64,000 bases of DNA from Obrimoposthia wandeli (GCA_977020255.1 CDROCS010003176.1:62001-126000), one strand, 5' to 3'; positions 1-10,985 are shown, counted from the first letter of the stretch. Notes: generated by a model from the sequence alone, not told the origin. Numbers and translations are program-made.

Positions 1-1
1 G

Positions 2-493
2 CAATTGCGTTTTATTCAGGAATTATTTAGTGCCATTAAATCATCGTCCGATTTACAGCACTTAACCTGCATGATTGATAGTAATGGAAGTTTACGCACC
101 ACAAGCTGGGCTAAGCTGCTTCCTTTTACAGACTGCGTAATGATTGATTTAAAAGCATGGCAAGAAGAAACCCATTTATGGCTAACTGGGCGGCAACATC
201 ATCGTGTTTTTCAAAGTATTGATCTATTAGCACAACACAATAAGTTGTACGAAGTACGGTTGTTACATATACCAGGAAAAACAGATTTTGATACGGAAAT
301 TGATGAACTTTCGCGTTATTTAACGCAATTACCTAAAGACACACGCATTAAGCTTAATGCGTTTCAGCATCACGGCGTAACAGGTGAAGCATTAACATGG
401 GAAACGTGCCAAGAAAGTGATATTACCCATCTAGCGAATCAGCTTGCAGAGCGTGATGTAACAAATATTGTAATGCCATCTGTATATCTATAA
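2..493 (+). CDS. C-terminal part of a YjjW-like glycyl-radical enzyme activating enzyme (radical SAM); 5' end lies outside the window
   Basis: Open frame from the window edge; IDSNGSL, VMIDLKAW, EVRLLHIPG and KLNAFQHHGV match the PFL-activase/YjjW C-terminus. Confidence 0.75.
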   Translation, partial: QLRFIQELFSAIKSSSDLQHLTCMIDSNGSLRTTSWAKLLPFTDCVMIDLKAWQEETHLWLTGRQHHRVFQSIDLLAQHNKLYEVRLLHIPGKTDFDTEIDELSRYLTQLPKDTRIKLNAFQHHGVTGEALTWETCQESDITHLANQLAERDVTNIVMPSVYL

Positions 494-614
494 AGCGACT
501 GATATAACCCATTACACTTCGCTATTTGCAGATACAAAGCAGCTACAAACATATACCAACCTATCTAGGTCAGTAGTTTTAACCAGCAAGATAAAATCCT
601 TATTTAGGATGGTA

Positions 615-1544
615 TTAGATGTCTATATCTTTGCAGCACGCTTTTATTTGTTCATACATCCAACGGTGAGCCGGATCATTCATACTGGGTTGATGCCACA
701 CCAAGCTATAAGCCACATCACCGTAATTGAACGGTAAAGGCTTGCCTTTCAAACCTTTAGCTTGAAAGGCAATGTTTGCCCAACGACGAGAACAGGTAAA
801 CAGTAAATCACTATGATGGCACATCAATGCCGCGCTACCAAAATCAGACACGGTTACTGTGATTTTTCTTTTCTTATGCTGTTGTGCTAATTGCATTTCA
901 AAGAAAGGGACATTTAAATCAGTATCCATAATACCGATGTGCCCATAACTTAGGTAGTTATCGATACTCAATGTTTGATCAGCTAAAGGGTGCGATGGAT
1001 TCATCAAACACACCATGTCGTCATCGATCAAGGTTTCCCAAATAAGGTTATTTTGAGTACTCGGTGGCTGGCTTCTATCATGCGGTAATATCACAAAATC
1101 AAGCTTACCTTTGGCTAGCGCATCAAAACCCAAGCTATCTTTTGACCAGATATCTAAACGAATATTAGGGGCTAGGTTTAATACATTAGCACTTAACTTC
1201 GCTGCTAATAACTCAAAAGTACTTTCACGCATCGCTAACGAAAAACCACCCTCATAACGCGAAGGGTCGAAAGCCTCTTGCGTCATAATTTGGTTCATGT
1301 CGTTAATCATCTGATGAACACTTGGACCAAGTCTTCGTGCCAGTGGGGTTGCAACAAGCTTATTACCATGTCGGTAAAACAGCTCATCATTCAAAGAATC
1401 ACGCAACTGGCTTAATGTTTTACTGACAGATGAAGGGCTAACACATAGACGCTCTGCACTGCCCGTTACACTCAATGTGTCTAACATGACATGCAGAGTA
1501 ATCAAATGTTTCATGCTAATTCGAGAAAGCTTTATAAGATCCAT
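615..1544 (-). CDS. LysR-family transcriptional regulator
   Basis: N-terminal HTH (SVTGSAERLCVSPSSVSKTLSQLR, LFYRHG..LVATP) followed by a substrate-binding domain; 309 aa. Confidence 0.92.
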   Translation of the reverse strand: MDLIKLSRISMKHLITLHVMLDTLSVTGSAERLCVSPSSVSKTLSQLRDSLNDELFYRHGNKLVATPLARRLGPSVHQMINDMNQIMTQEAFDPSRYEGGFSLAMRESTFELLAAKLSANVLNLAPNIRLDIWSKDSLGFDALAKGKLDFVILPHDRSQPPSTQNNLIWETLIDDDMVCLMNPSHPLADQTLSIDNYLSYGHIGIMDTDLNVPFFEMQLAQQHKKRKITVTVSDFGSAALMCHHSDLLFTCSRRWANIAFQAKGLKGKPLPFNYGDVAYSLVWHQPSMNDPAHRWMYEQIKACCKDIDI

Positions 1545-1608
1545 ATCGCTCTATTCATAACCCATTCAATTTAAAGCTTCAACTTACCGTTCAGAACACT
1601 TTACGGAC

Positions 1609-1635
1609 AAAAAAGCCGCGAAAAAATCGCGGCTT
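1609..1635 (-). terminator. Rho-independent terminator of folE
   Basis: AAGCCGCGA-N5-TCGCGGCTT stem with an A-run on + (U-tract on -). Confidence 0.7.
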
Positions 1636-1653
1636 CCGATAAATTATTTTTGC

Positions 1654-2307
1654 TTAGCGAATACCGTGGAAAAACTCAGCACGCGTTGCAGGAATCCTCT
1701 TAAAGATACCGCCAAGTGCAGTCGTCGTCGTTTCACTGGTTGCATCCATCACACCACGTGCTTTCACGCAGTAGTGGGTCGCATCAATCGTTACGGCTAC
1801 ATCATCACTTTCAAGCAATGTTTGTAGCGCAACTAAAATTTGCTGTGTCATTCGCTCTTGCACCTGAGGGCGCTGAGCAAAGAAACGAACGATGCGATTA
1901 ATCTTTGATAGGCCAATGATTTTACCACGCGGAATATACGCAACCGTCGCTTTTCCATCAATCGTGACAAGGTGATGCTCGCAAGTACTGGTTAGCGTAA
2001 TGCCTTTTACACGTACCATTTCATCACATTTCATTTTGTTTTCGATTACGGTAATTTTTGGGAAATTCGCATAATCTAAACCTGAAAAGACTTCATCAAC
2101 ATACATCTTGGCGATGCGATGCGGAGTTTCCATTAGGCTATCGTCGGTTAAATCTAACGACAATAACTCTAAGATCTCACGCATGTGATATTCGATCTTT
2201 TCTTTTTTCTCTTCGCGGCTTACCACTTTATTCGTCATGGGTGTTTCAAGCCCACGTTCTTCAAGTGCTGCGCGTACCATTAATGCAGATTCGCTTAATG
2301 CTGTCAT
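1654..2307 (-). CDS. folE: GTP cyclohydrolase I
   Basis: [33 protein letters not shown] and HYCVKARG motifs. Confidence 0.97.
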   Translation of the reverse strand: MTALSESALMVRAALEERGLETPMTNKVVSREEKKEKIEYHMREILELLSLDLTDDSLMETPHRIAKMYVDEVFSGLDYANFPKITVIENKMKCDEMVRVKGITLTSTCEHHLVTIDGKATVAYIPRGKIIGLSKINRIVRFFAQRPQVQERMTQQILVALQTLLESDDVAVTIDATHYCVKARGVMDATSETTTTALGGIFKRIPATRAEFFHGIR

Positions 2308-2614
2308 TCTGTCCCCTCCAACTGGCTTGGGCTTTAATGCGAAAACAAGCCCAACGTGTCATGTTTGTACTAAAAACGTCTACAAATTTATGTATAGCGA
2401 TTACCTACAAACACACTTCCAGAGCTAAATCTGACCGAAGGATACCTGTAAATAAACACAATTACACCACGTAAATGATAAGTGAATAGTTGAAACTCCT
2501 TTTTTTTGTCATAATAATCATTCAAGCAAATACCAATCAAGAATATTGAGCAAATTTCAATCTTACTTGGTTGTTGTTCAAGCCTATGACTTATAACTAA
2601 CGACGGACACCAAT

Positions 2615-3850
2615 ATGGGATGTTGTGACACACCAGGTTTAATGCCTGTAGAAACGGCTTTAGATAAAATTTTGGCTGACGTTAAGCCATTGAATTCAGT
2701 AATTACGATTGCACTTTCTGATGCAATGGGACGTGTTCTTACTGAAGATATTCTTTCTCCAATCAATGTACCACCCTTTGCTAATTCAGCAATGGATGGC
2801 TATGCCCTTCGCGCTGACGATCTAAAAAACAACGATACCCTTGTTCTATCTGGCAAATCGTTTGCTGGCGCTCCTTTTGAAGGTGTATGCGAAGCGGGTC
2901 AATGTATTCGTATTATGACTGGCGCTCAAATGCCAGAAGGCACTGACGTTGTAATCATGCAGGAAGAAACGGAAGTCGAGGGTGATAACGTTCGCTTCCT
3001 TGTTAAACCAGAAGCTCATGATAACGTTCGCCCTATTGGTGACGATGTACATCAAGGAGATACGGTTATCGCGAAAGGTACACGTATTACGGCCCGTGAA
3101 ATGCCACTACTCGCCTCTTTAGGCATTGCTGAATTCACCGTTTTTGCACGCCCTGTTGCGGCATTCTTCTCAACGGGTGATGAACTACGCCCAGTTGGCG
3201 AACCATTAGCAGCAGGTCAGATTTACGACAGCAACCGTTATGGTATTCGTGCATTACTTGAGAAGTTTGGTTGTGATGTATTGGATTTAGGCATCATTCC
3301 AGATAGCCCAGAAAAGCTACGTGAAGCATTCAAGAAGGCAACATCAGAAGCTGACGTACTGGTTACATCAGGTGGTGTTAGTGTCGGTGAAGCTGACTAC
3401 ACCAAAGACATTCTTGAAGAGCAAGGTGAAATTGGTTTTTGGAAAATAGCCATGAAACCAGGTAAACCTTTCGCATTTGGTACGATTGAAAATACATGGT
3501 TCTGTGGTTTACCGGGTAACCCAGTTTCTGCAATGCTAACGCTGTACCAGCTTGTTCAGCCGATGCTAGCGCAGTTGTCTGGTCATTCTCAGTACCAACC
3601 ACCACAGCGCATAACAGCGAAGGCGACAACGCTCTTTAAGAAACGTCCTGGTCGTACTGATTTCCAACGCGGTATCTATCAAATTAACCCACAAGGACAA
3701 CTTGAAGTGGCCACAACGGGCAATCAAGGTTCTGGCGCATTCAGTTCGATGCATCAAGCTAACTGCTTTGTTGTGCTTGAACAAGAACGTGGCCGCGTTT
3801 CTCCGGGTGAAGATGTAACTATCGAATTGTTTAATCATTCAATGTACTAA
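2615..3850 (+). CDS. moeA: Molybdopterin molybdotransferase
   Basis: SAMDGYA, IMTGA, STGDEL, SGGVSVG, KPGKP and GLPGNPVSA motifs. Confidence 0.97.
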   Translation: MGCCDTPGLMPVETALDKILADVKPLNSVITIALSDAMGRVLTEDILSPINVPPFANSAMDGYALRADDLKNNDTLVLSGKSFAGAPFEGVCEAGQCIRIMTGAQMPEGTDVVIMQEETEVEGDNVRFLVKPEAHDNVRPIGDDVHQGDTVIAKGTRITAREMPLLASLGIAEFTVFARPVAAFFSTGDELRPVGEPLAAGQIYDSNRYGIRALLEKFGCDVLDLGIIPDSPEKLREAFKKATSEADVLVTSGGVSVGEADYTKDILEEQGEIGFWKIAMKPGKPFAFGTIENTWFCGLPGNPVSAMLTLYQLVQPMLAQLSGHSQYQPPQRITAKATTLFKKRPGRTDFQRGIYQINPQGQLEVATTGNQGSGAFSSMHQANCFVVLEQERGRVSPGEDVTIELFNHSMY

Positions 3851-3949
3851 GCAGTCAATATGCTAAGAGTTTAATGTACTAAGCATTCGATGTACTGAGC
3901 TTTGATATACAAGTTTTTTACATACACGTTTTTTACATACAAAGTGCCC
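3841..3949 (+). repeat. Degenerate 15-16-bp tandem repeat (about 7 units) beginning in the last codons of moeA
   Basis: AATGTACTAAGCAGTC / AATATGCTAAGAGTTT / AATGTACTAAGCATTC / GATGTACTGAGCTTT / GATATACAAGTTTTTT / ACATACACGTTTTTT / ACATACAAAGTGCCC. Confidence 0.65.
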
Positions 3950-4198
3950 GCTTATACCATTATGGATAAGTAAATGGTCAGATAATTGCGCATGAAAAAT
4001 TGATAATAACAAGGCAGAAATCGAAGTAACTAGTTATTCTAATTATAAAATTTCTAACGTAGTTATAAGCAATTTTAGCCAGCAAGGATGATCAGATACT
4101 TGTCTAGATTGGTATTAAATACACGAATCAGAAAACGGGATATTATTGATATCTCGTTTTTCATATCCCCTTTAGTCTATACAGAACAGGAATATATT

Positions 4199-4945
4199 GT
4201 GGCAGAACTGTCTGATGCAGAAATGCTTCGTTATAACCGCCAGATCATTCTTCGTCAGTTTGATTTTGACGGACAAGAAGCATTAAAAGACGCTTCCATG
4301 CTCATTCTAGGGGCTGGCGGCTTAGGCTGTGCTTCCACACAATACCTTGCAGCTGCAGGCGTGGGAAAGCTGACGTTGATTGATGATGATAAGGTTGAAG
4401 TATCAAACTTACAGCGTCAGGTATTACATAACGATAATACGGTTGGTCAGTTAAAGGTTGAATCAGCGAAACAGGCGTTAACCACCATCAATCCTTACAC
4501 AAGCATTGATACGATTGCACAACGCCTAAGTGACGATGAATTGTTACCGCTTATTCAACAACACACGATTGTGCTTGATTGCAGCGACAATGTTGAAACA
4601 CGTAATCAATTAAACCGTTTATGCCACCAAACGAAAACACCGTTAATATCAGGTGCTGCGATTCGTATGGAAGGTCAAATTAGCGTGTATACCTATCAAG
4701 ATAACGAACCATGCTACCAATGTTTGAGTGCCCTATTCGGTCAACAAACATTAAGCTGCGTAGAGGCTGGCATTATGTCACCTGTCGTTGGTATTGTGGG
4801 TGCTGTACAGGCTATGGAAGCCATCAAAGTAGTGGCAAACATGGGCACAGCATTAACAGGTAAGATTTTAATGTTAGATGCCATGTCGATGAGCTGGCGA
4901 GAAATGAAGCTAGGTAAACAGCCTAACTGTTCAGTTTGTGGCTAA
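4199..4945 (+). CDS. moeB: Molybdopterin synthase adenylyltransferase
   Basis: GTG start after AGGAA; RYNRQIIL, GAGGLG, SNLQRQ and the CYQC...CSVC Zn motif. The ORF-track start at 4088 is probably too long. Confidence 0.95.
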   Translation: MAELSDAEMLRYNRQIILRQFDFDGQEALKDASMLILGAGGLGCASTQYLAAAGVGKLTLIDDDKVEVSNLQRQVLHNDNTVGQLKVESAKQALTTINPYTSIDTIAQRLSDDELLPLIQQHTIVLDCSDNVETRNQLNRLCHQTKTPLISGAAIRMEGQISVYTYQDNEPCYQCLSALFGQQTLSCVEAGIMSPVVGIVGAVQAMEAIKVVANMGTALTGKILMLDAMSMSWREMKLGKQPNCSVCG

Positions 4946-4987
4946 TACCCCTCTTAATAGATAAAATAAGTAAATAGTCAGATAATG

Positions 4988-5032
4988 ACGAAAAAAGCGC
5001 ATATCTTCAAACGAAGACTGCGCTTTTTTCGT
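4988..5032. terminator. Bidirectional terminator between the convergent moeB and nucleoside transporter genes
   Basis: ACGAAAAAAGCGCA...TGCGCTTTTTTCGT inverted repeat. Confidence 0.8.
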
Positions 5033-5053
5033 TCTTGCTCGGTTAGTATAAAA

Positions 5054-6262
5054 CTAGAGCATTAGAATAATACTAACGATAGCCGCACTCATTAGGTTAG
5101 CTAATACACCAGCCATAACGGCACGAATACCATATTCAGCGATAAACGGACGACGTTCTGGAATCAAACTACCCATACCACCAATCAAAATAGCTAGCGT
5201 TGTTACATTGGCAAAACCACATAGTGCGAATGTCACTACAACTACGCTGTGTTCTTGCATTGTATCTTTCAAGCTCATTAGGTCAATAAATGCCACAAAC
5301 TCATTCATAACCACTTTCTGACCAATCAAAGATCCCGCAGTGACAGCATCAACCCAAGGCACACCAATAAGCAACGCAATAGGTGCGAATAAATAGCCAA
5401 TGATTAATTCAAAGCTTAGGTTTTCAATACCGAAATAGGCGCCCGCATCACCCAGCATGCCATTTAACAATGCGATTACGCTGATAAATGCCAGTAATGT
5501 GGCACCAATCGTGACAGCCATACGCATACCCGACATTGCGCCGTCGGCAAGTGCTTCAACAATATTGGTTGCTCGAGGAATAACAACAGAAGAAATTTCG
5601 TCATCTTGCAGCTTATCAACCGATGGCGGTACAATCATTTTCGACATTAACAAGCCAGCAGGCGCAGACATGAACGAAGCCGCAATAAGGTATTGAAGGT
5701 CAACACCAACGGCTGCATAACCCACCATGGTGCTACCCGCCACAGATGCCATACCACACGTCATCACTGCAAAAAGTTGGGAATCGTCCATCTTCTTTAA
5801 ATAAGGTTTGATCACCAGCGGCACTTCAGACATGCCAACGAAAATATTGGCAGTCGCAGAAAGCGATTCTGCTCTACCTGTGCCTAGCACACGTTGTAGC
5901 CCCCCACCCAGTACGTCGATCACTTTTTGCATAATACCAATATGGTATAGCATCGAAATAAGGGCAGAGAAAAAGACAATAATACCCAGTACGTTAACCG
6001 CAAATACAAAACCAACGCTGCCTGTTGCTAAGCCACCAAAAAGAAATGATAGCCCTTCATTACCGTAATCTGTCACATAAGTAACGCCACCAGCAATGGC
6101 TTGAAGCGCCGATTTACCAGCAGGTACATATAAAACCAATAGTGCAAAAAGTACTTGGAGCAGAAAAGCGACTGACACCATTCTCAATGGAATTCTTTTT
6201 CTATCAACCGAAATTAGCCACGCAAGAAAAAGCAGAACAATAATACCAAAAATTGCAATCAT
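5054..6262 (-). CDS. NupC-family (CNT) nucleoside:cation symporter
   Basis: Polytopic; ESLSATANIFVGMSE, GMASVAGS, NEFVAF and FALCGFAN motifs. Confidence 0.92.
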   Translation of the reverse strand: MIAIFGIIVLLFLAWLISVDRKRIPLRMVSVAFLLQVLFALLVLYVPAGKSALQAIAGGVTYVTDYGNEGLSFLFGGLATGSVGFVFAVNVLGIIVFFSALISMLYHIGIMQKVIDVLGGGLQRVLGTGRAESLSATANIFVGMSEVPLVIKPYLKKMDDSQLFAVMTCGMASVAGSTMVGYAAVGVDLQYLIAASFMSAPAGLLMSKMIVPPSVDKLQDDEISSVVIPRATNIVEALADGAMSGMRMAVTIGATLLAFISVIALLNGMLGDAGAYFGIENLSFELIIGYLFAPIALLIGVPWVDAVTAGSLIGQKVVMNEFVAFIDLMSLKDTMQEHSVVVVTFALCGFANVTTLAILIGGMGSLIPERRPFIAEYGIRAVMAGVLANLMSAAIVSIILML

Positions 6263-6317
6263 GGTTTAAACCAGAATGTAAATTCAAAAAGGACGCGCAT
6301 TGTACCGCCCTACAAAT

Positions 6318-6333
6318 AGTGATCAAGCTCACC
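6318..6333. promoter_or_regulatory. Candidate CRP site upstream of the nucleoside transporter
   Basis: AGTGA-N6-TCACC against consensus TGTGA-N6-TCACA; nucleoside uptake genes are typically CRP-regulated. Confidence 0.5.
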
Positions 6334-6571
6334 TTGTGAATGTATATTCGTGAAAAATTGCAACTTAATAAGAATTTAAAATTAATATGTTTATTATCAA
6401 CACTTTAAATTTAAACCTGAAAACTCATCTGGTGAATTCGTCAGAAAACCTTATGAATTAAAATAAAAATCAATACTGTTAGCGTATTTTTTCAACAGCT
6501 TCCTGCTAGAAAATCACACAAAACGTTATCGTTTGCTTTTTACCTGACTAGGGTTACAGAAGTTTCACTAA

Positions 6572-7822
6572 TTAACTCAACCACTCTTCTAGCTGCCGAG
6601 TTACAGCGGGATCACTCAACAATTCCATATGATTCATACCATAGAAAATTTTCTGTGACGTTTCAGAAAACAATAAAGAATGGTCTTCGGTTTTATGGGT
6701 ACCCAAAGCGCTGTGAAGAGGAACAAGGCCATCTCCAATTAACCTATCAGCTAAAAGGCTTCTCTGGCAGGCGGTTGTTGCTGCAACAGTGAAACAAGTA
6801 ATCTCAGTTGGCAGCGGTACACCAAGACGTTCGTCGGAATGGTTTCCAAAGCGCTCTTGCCCTTGCCAATCTTCATCAACAATATAACCGTAACGCAAAT
6901 CGGTGATCCCTGAACTGCGAAGATTACTAAGCCTATTGAAGGGCGCGGTATAAGGAATGGTACTTAATATTGCGCCTAGCTTATTTCCAGCCCGCTCCAG
7001 TGGTGCGCCATGATGTGGTGTGCCAAGAAAAACAATATTTTTAATTACATTTGGCCAGTGCTTTGATTGCTGAAAACCATAATGCACGGCACTGCGTGTT
7101 AATAGGCCTCCCATGCTATGAGCAACCACTGTCAGCTCTTCTATCTCTGTTGGCCAACTCTCGACTAACTGTTCTAACAGATCAGACAGTTCCCTTCCAT
7201 TTTGTGAAACATGAAGACCTGTATTATATCGAAGATAAACAGGGGTATAACCCAACGTCGATGATAGCTGATCACCATGATCAATCTGGATTCCTTTATG
7301 CTCAACGCACCATTGTCGATCATTCATGAATAAACCATGGATCATCAACAAAACTTTATTTTTCGCTTGTGGGATAACGAGTGCTTGCTCTTCATCACTC
7401 CAACACAAAGCTTGCTGCTGATGATAGAAGGTCATTGGAATCGCTAATCGGTTATTTGACTCAGCAAGCTGATCGCCCATCACCCCGTTCAATGCAGATA
7501 ATACCGCCACACGCTCATTGGTTTCTGCTTTATCTTGATCTAAGGTGTCGAACCAAGGCTGTTGTTTTGCAAGTACCTTATCTACGCCACTTCCCAACAA
7601 TTGGGTGACGCCATAAATACTTTTATAAACCAGACCGGTAATACCTCTGGTACGGCCAGACTCTCTGCCTCCCGGCATACCCAATGTATTCCATACAGAT
7701 TGGTGAACACCTTCAGCAATTCGGGTTACATTCATGGTTGCCTGCGTAGCCAACTGCCCCATTCCGCGAAGATCAGAAGCGCGCACATGCTGAAATCGTT
7801 TTTTTGACGTTCGTATAACCAT
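6572..7822 (-). CDS. Alpha/beta hydrolase (PGAP1-like lipase/esterase)
   Basis: IHGL oxyanion motif, AHSMGG nucleophile elbow, LGTPHHG, GDGLVP and C-terminal NHMELL. Confidence 0.85.
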   Translation of the reverse strand: MVIRTSKKRFQHVRASDLRGMGQLATQATMNVTRIAEGVHQSVWNTLGMPGGRESGRTRGITGLVYKSIYGVTQLLGSGVDKVLAKQQPWFDTLDQDKAETNERVAVLSALNGVMGDQLAESNNRLAIPMTFYHQQQALCWSDEEQALVIPQAKNKVLLMIHGLFMNDRQWCVEHKGIQIDHGDQLSSTLGYTPVYLRYNTGLHVSQNGRELSDLLEQLVESWPTEIEELTVVAHSMGGLLTRSAVHYGFQQSKHWPNVIKNIVFLGTPHHGAPLERAGNKLGAILSTIPYTAPFNRLSNLRSSGITDLRYGYIVDEDWQGQERFGNHSDERLGVPLPTEITCFTVAATTACQRSLLADRLIGDGLVPLHSALGTHKTEDHSLLFSETSQKIFYGMNHMELLSDPAVTRQLEEWLS

Positions 7823-7989
7823 TCATGAACCCCTTTCGTCTATTGTCTACATAACAAGTGTTTAAATAGCGAGTGTTTACATAGAACGTTAGTTTGAATA
7901 GGACGCCGTATAAGCCACTGAGTTCATAGTGAATGATTACGTGCTAATTGTGAACCGCTTATTTCTCACAATAACTTATTTATCATAAT

Positions 7990-8042
7990 AAAAAGCAGAG
8001 CACGGTATTACTGGTTTGTAATACGAATAGTGCTCTGCTTTC
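7990..8042. terminator. Terminator-like hairpin downstream of the OppA-type gene
   Basis: AAAAGCAGAGCAC...GTGCTCTGCTTTT with an inner GTATTAC/GTAATAC stem. Confidence 0.7.
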
Positions 8043-8070
8043 ATTTTAATCAATCAATGTGATTTATTAT

Positions 8071-9702
8071 TTACTGGGTAATATACAGATCTCGCGTAAA
8101 ACGTCCTTCTGACGCATTCGTTTTCGAATAACCGCCCACTTTCGTTTGCTTCAACACTGAACGTGTATAGAAATATAACGGTACTGCAGGCATTTCGTCA
8201 GCAAACACTTTCTCTGCCTGCTGATAATAATCATTACGTTTGCTATCTGTTGGGGCTTGAATGGCTTGCTTCATCGCCTCATCGTAATTGACATTGCTCC
8301 ATCTTGCGTAGTTCATACCCGTACTTTCAAAGTATGATAAAAACGTTGATGCTTCGTTGTAATCACCCATCCACGCATAACGTGCGACATCAAAATCACG
8401 CTGAGAAAGTTTTTGTAAAAACGTTTTCCATTCTTGGTTTGCTAATTCGACTTCAACACCTAAGCTTTTTTTCCACATAGAAGAAACCACAATGGCCAAC
8501 TTCTTATGTGATTCACTAGTGTTATAGACCAGTTCGAACTTAAGCGGATTCGTCTTATCAAACCCTGCTTCTTTTAAAAGTGCTTGAGCTTTTTTGGTGC
8601 GCTCTTTCTGGCTTAGGGTTTCCCATGCAAGTTTAGGTGCTTCAAAGCCAGACACAGAAGGTGGCGTAACACCATAAGCTGGAATTTGACCCTGCCCTAG
8701 AATGATATCAGTTACCACATTACGATCGATGGCATAAGCTAACGCTTTACGTACTCGCACATCATCAAACGGCTTTTTATTAATATTGAATAAATAATAA
8801 TACGTGCCCAACGATGGCATTGTTAATAATTCGTCAGGGCGCTGCTTTTTAATGGCATTGTATTGCTCTAAAGGAAATGACGAGGTGATATCAATTTCAC
8901 CAGTACGGAAGCGGTTATATTCTGCGGTCAGATCTTGAATAGGTAGATAGGTAACTTTGGTAACTTGTGTTTTGTCATTATTCCAATAGGTTGGGCTTTT
9001 TTCCAACACGATACGTTCATTCAATACCCACTGGCTTAACTTATAAGCACTACTTGTAACGATATTTTCTGGCTTCGTCCATGCGTCACCGTATTTTTCG
9101 ATCGCAGCTTGATAAACAGGGTATGTCGATTCATGTACTAGCATTTTAGCAAAATACGGTACGGGTTTCGTTAACGTGATTTGAAGGGTTTTCTCATCGA
9201 GCGCTTTCACACCTAGCTTATCTTTCGATAACTCCCCTTTAGTGATCTGATCGGCATTCGCAATATTTGCCACGGTGTAATACCACGCATAAGGCGCAGC
9301 TGTTGCAGGATCAATCACACGCTGAAAGCTGTACTCAAAATCTTTCGCCGTAATCGGCTGGCCGTTTGACCACTTTGCACCTTCTCGTAGATGGAAGGTA
9401 TACACTTTTCCATCGTCAGACTCTTCCCAGCTTGTTGCTAAAGCTGGCACAATATTGCCAGCAGTATCTTGGGTGACTAACCCTTCAAACATATCTTGAA
9501 TAACACGAGAGCTCGCCGTATCTGATGAATACGCGGGATCCAGCGTTGGCACTTCATCGCCATTACCACGAACGATTTCTTGAACCTTTGCTAACGTAAC
9601 CCCAGCAGGTACATCTGCAGCTGAAACGGGTGCAATAAACAACGGTGCCGCAGCTATAAGAGCTACCATTGCCGCTAACTTAGATTTCTTGATGCCTTGC
9701 AT
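8071..9702 (-). CDS. Oligopeptide ABC transporter substrate-binding protein (OppA/MppA family), stand-alone
   Basis: Signal peptide; PTLDP, FEGLV, FHLREGAKWSNG, DVRVRKALAYAIDR and WMGDY family-5 SBP motifs. Confidence 0.92.
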   Translation of the reverse strand: MQGIKKSKLAAMVALIAAAPLFIAPVSAADVPAGVTLAKVQEIVRGNGDEVPTLDPAYSSDTASSRVIQDMFEGLVTQDTAGNIVPALATSWEESDDGKVYTFHLREGAKWSNGQPITAKDFEYSFQRVIDPATAAPYAWYYTVANIANADQITKGELSKDKLGVKALDEKTLQITLTKPVPYFAKMLVHESTYPVYQAAIEKYGDAWTKPENIVTSSAYKLSQWVLNERIVLEKSPTYWNNDKTQVTKVTYLPIQDLTAEYNRFRTGEIDITSSFPLEQYNAIKKQRPDELLTMPSLGTYYYLFNINKKPFDDVRVRKALAYAIDRNVVTDIILGQGQIPAYGVTPPSVSGFEAPKLAWETLSQKERTKKAQALLKEAGFDKTNPLKFELVYNTSESHKKLAIVVSSMWKKSLGVEVELANQEWKTFLQKLSQRDFDVARYAWMGDYNEASTFLSYFESTGMNYARWSNVNYDEAMKQAIQAPTDSKRNDYYQQAEKVFADEMPAVPLYFYTRSVLKQTKVGGYSKTNASEGRFTRDLYITQ

Positions 9703-9913
9703 ATCAAATCCTTTTAATCATGGGTACCAATCTAAACAATTCTCTGATTATTCACTTCTTCAGAGTGGTATTAGAAAACACAAAAAGCACGTACTTCCAT
9801 CTCGCGCTTTTTGTTTTGTTAAAATGCAAATATTTGCTTACTCAGAATACTCTTGGAAGAATAGTTTCATAGCAATAAAAGGATAAATATGAGGGATATA
9901 TGGCAGTAGTCAC

Positions 9914-9943
9914 AAAAAAAGCCGATAATTATCATCGGCTTTT
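9914..9943 (-). terminator. Terminator of the CvfB-family gene
   Basis: AAAAGCCGAT-N7-ATCGGCTTTT. Confidence 0.7.
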
Positions 9944-9969
9944 GGGGGTGTTTGATATTTTCAGACTAA

Positions 9970-10812
9970 TTAGTCGTTGTCTTTAAGCTGAATACCTTCA
10001 CGAGTAATTTCAATCAGACCTTGCTTGTATAAGCCACCGATTGTTTTCTTGAACGTTGCTTTACTTGTACGGAACGCTTCGAAAATTTCATCTGGTGATG
10101 ATTTATCACTTAGTGGCATGAAACCACCTTTACGTTCTAGCGACTTCAATACTTTCTCTGATAAATCGTCCACTTTTCCACGGCCTGCTTTCTGTAGTGA
10201 TAAGCTGATTTTACCGTCTGGACGTAGCTCTTTCACAAATGCTTTCAGTTTCTTGCCAACAAACAGTTTACCGAAAGATTCTGTTTTGAAGATAAGACCC
10301 GAATGCTCATTTTCAATTGCTACTTTGTAGCCAAGGTCGGTAATTTCTATAATAACGACCTTCACTTCTTGATCAACGGTGTAATCCGCCGGCGTGTTAT
10401 CAAGGAAACGGTTAAACTTCGTTGAACCAACAATACGACCCGATGCTTTATCGGTATAAACGCGAAGCATCACGTTGTCGCCTTCTTCCAATGTACGACG
10501 TTGCTCACTGAATGGAACCAACAGATCTTTAACCAAACCCCAATCAGCAAATGCACCAAAGCTACTAACGCCTACAACACGTAGCTTAGCGAACTCGCCT
10601 ACCTGAACCAGTGGTTCTGTCGTGGTTGCAATGATGTCATCTTGCGAATCAAAATAGATAAAAACGTTCAGCTCATCACCCAGTTGCGTGCCGGCTGGAA
10701 CAGAATTCCTTGGCAAAAGAATATTACCAATGTCTTCACCACCATATAGAAACACGCCAAAATCAACTAGCTTGACGACTTCTAATGTGTTGTATTGTCC
10801 AATCTTAATCAT
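9970..10812 (-). CDS. CvfB/YitL-family S1-domain RNA-binding protein
   Basis: MIKIGQYNTLEV, GAFADWGLVKDLLVPFSEQ and SKATFKKTIGGLYK; start moved to the ATG at 10812. Confidence 0.9.
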   Translation of the reverse strand: MIKIGQYNTLEVVKLVDFGVFLYGGEDIGNILLPRNSVPAGTQLGDELNVFIYFDSQDDIIATTTEPLVQVGEFAKLRVVGVSSFGAFADWGLVKDLLVPFSEQRRTLEEGDNVMLRVYTDKASGRIVGSTKFNRFLDNTPADYTVDQEVKVVIIEITDLGYKVAIENEHSGLIFKTESFGKLFVGKKLKAFVKELRPDGKISLSLQKAGRGKVDDLSEKVLKSLERKGGFMPLSDKSSPDEIFEAFRTSKATFKKTIGGLYKQGLIEITREGIQLKDND

Positions 10813-10985
10813 GAATCCGACACTCTCTGAGTAAATAATAATGATACATTCCGTAAAGCTAAGCCACAAACAGCGAGACATTACGCTATATACGAGTATC
10901 AATACGAACTTTGGTCGCGCATTATACGTGATGTTAGTTCAGCTTGCCTGACCTATCTTCGGTTATTTGACTAAATTTCATGCTG

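Noticed and set aside
3841-3949. CRISPR array
   Set aside because: The units are contiguous and degenerate, with no unique spacers and no cas genes.
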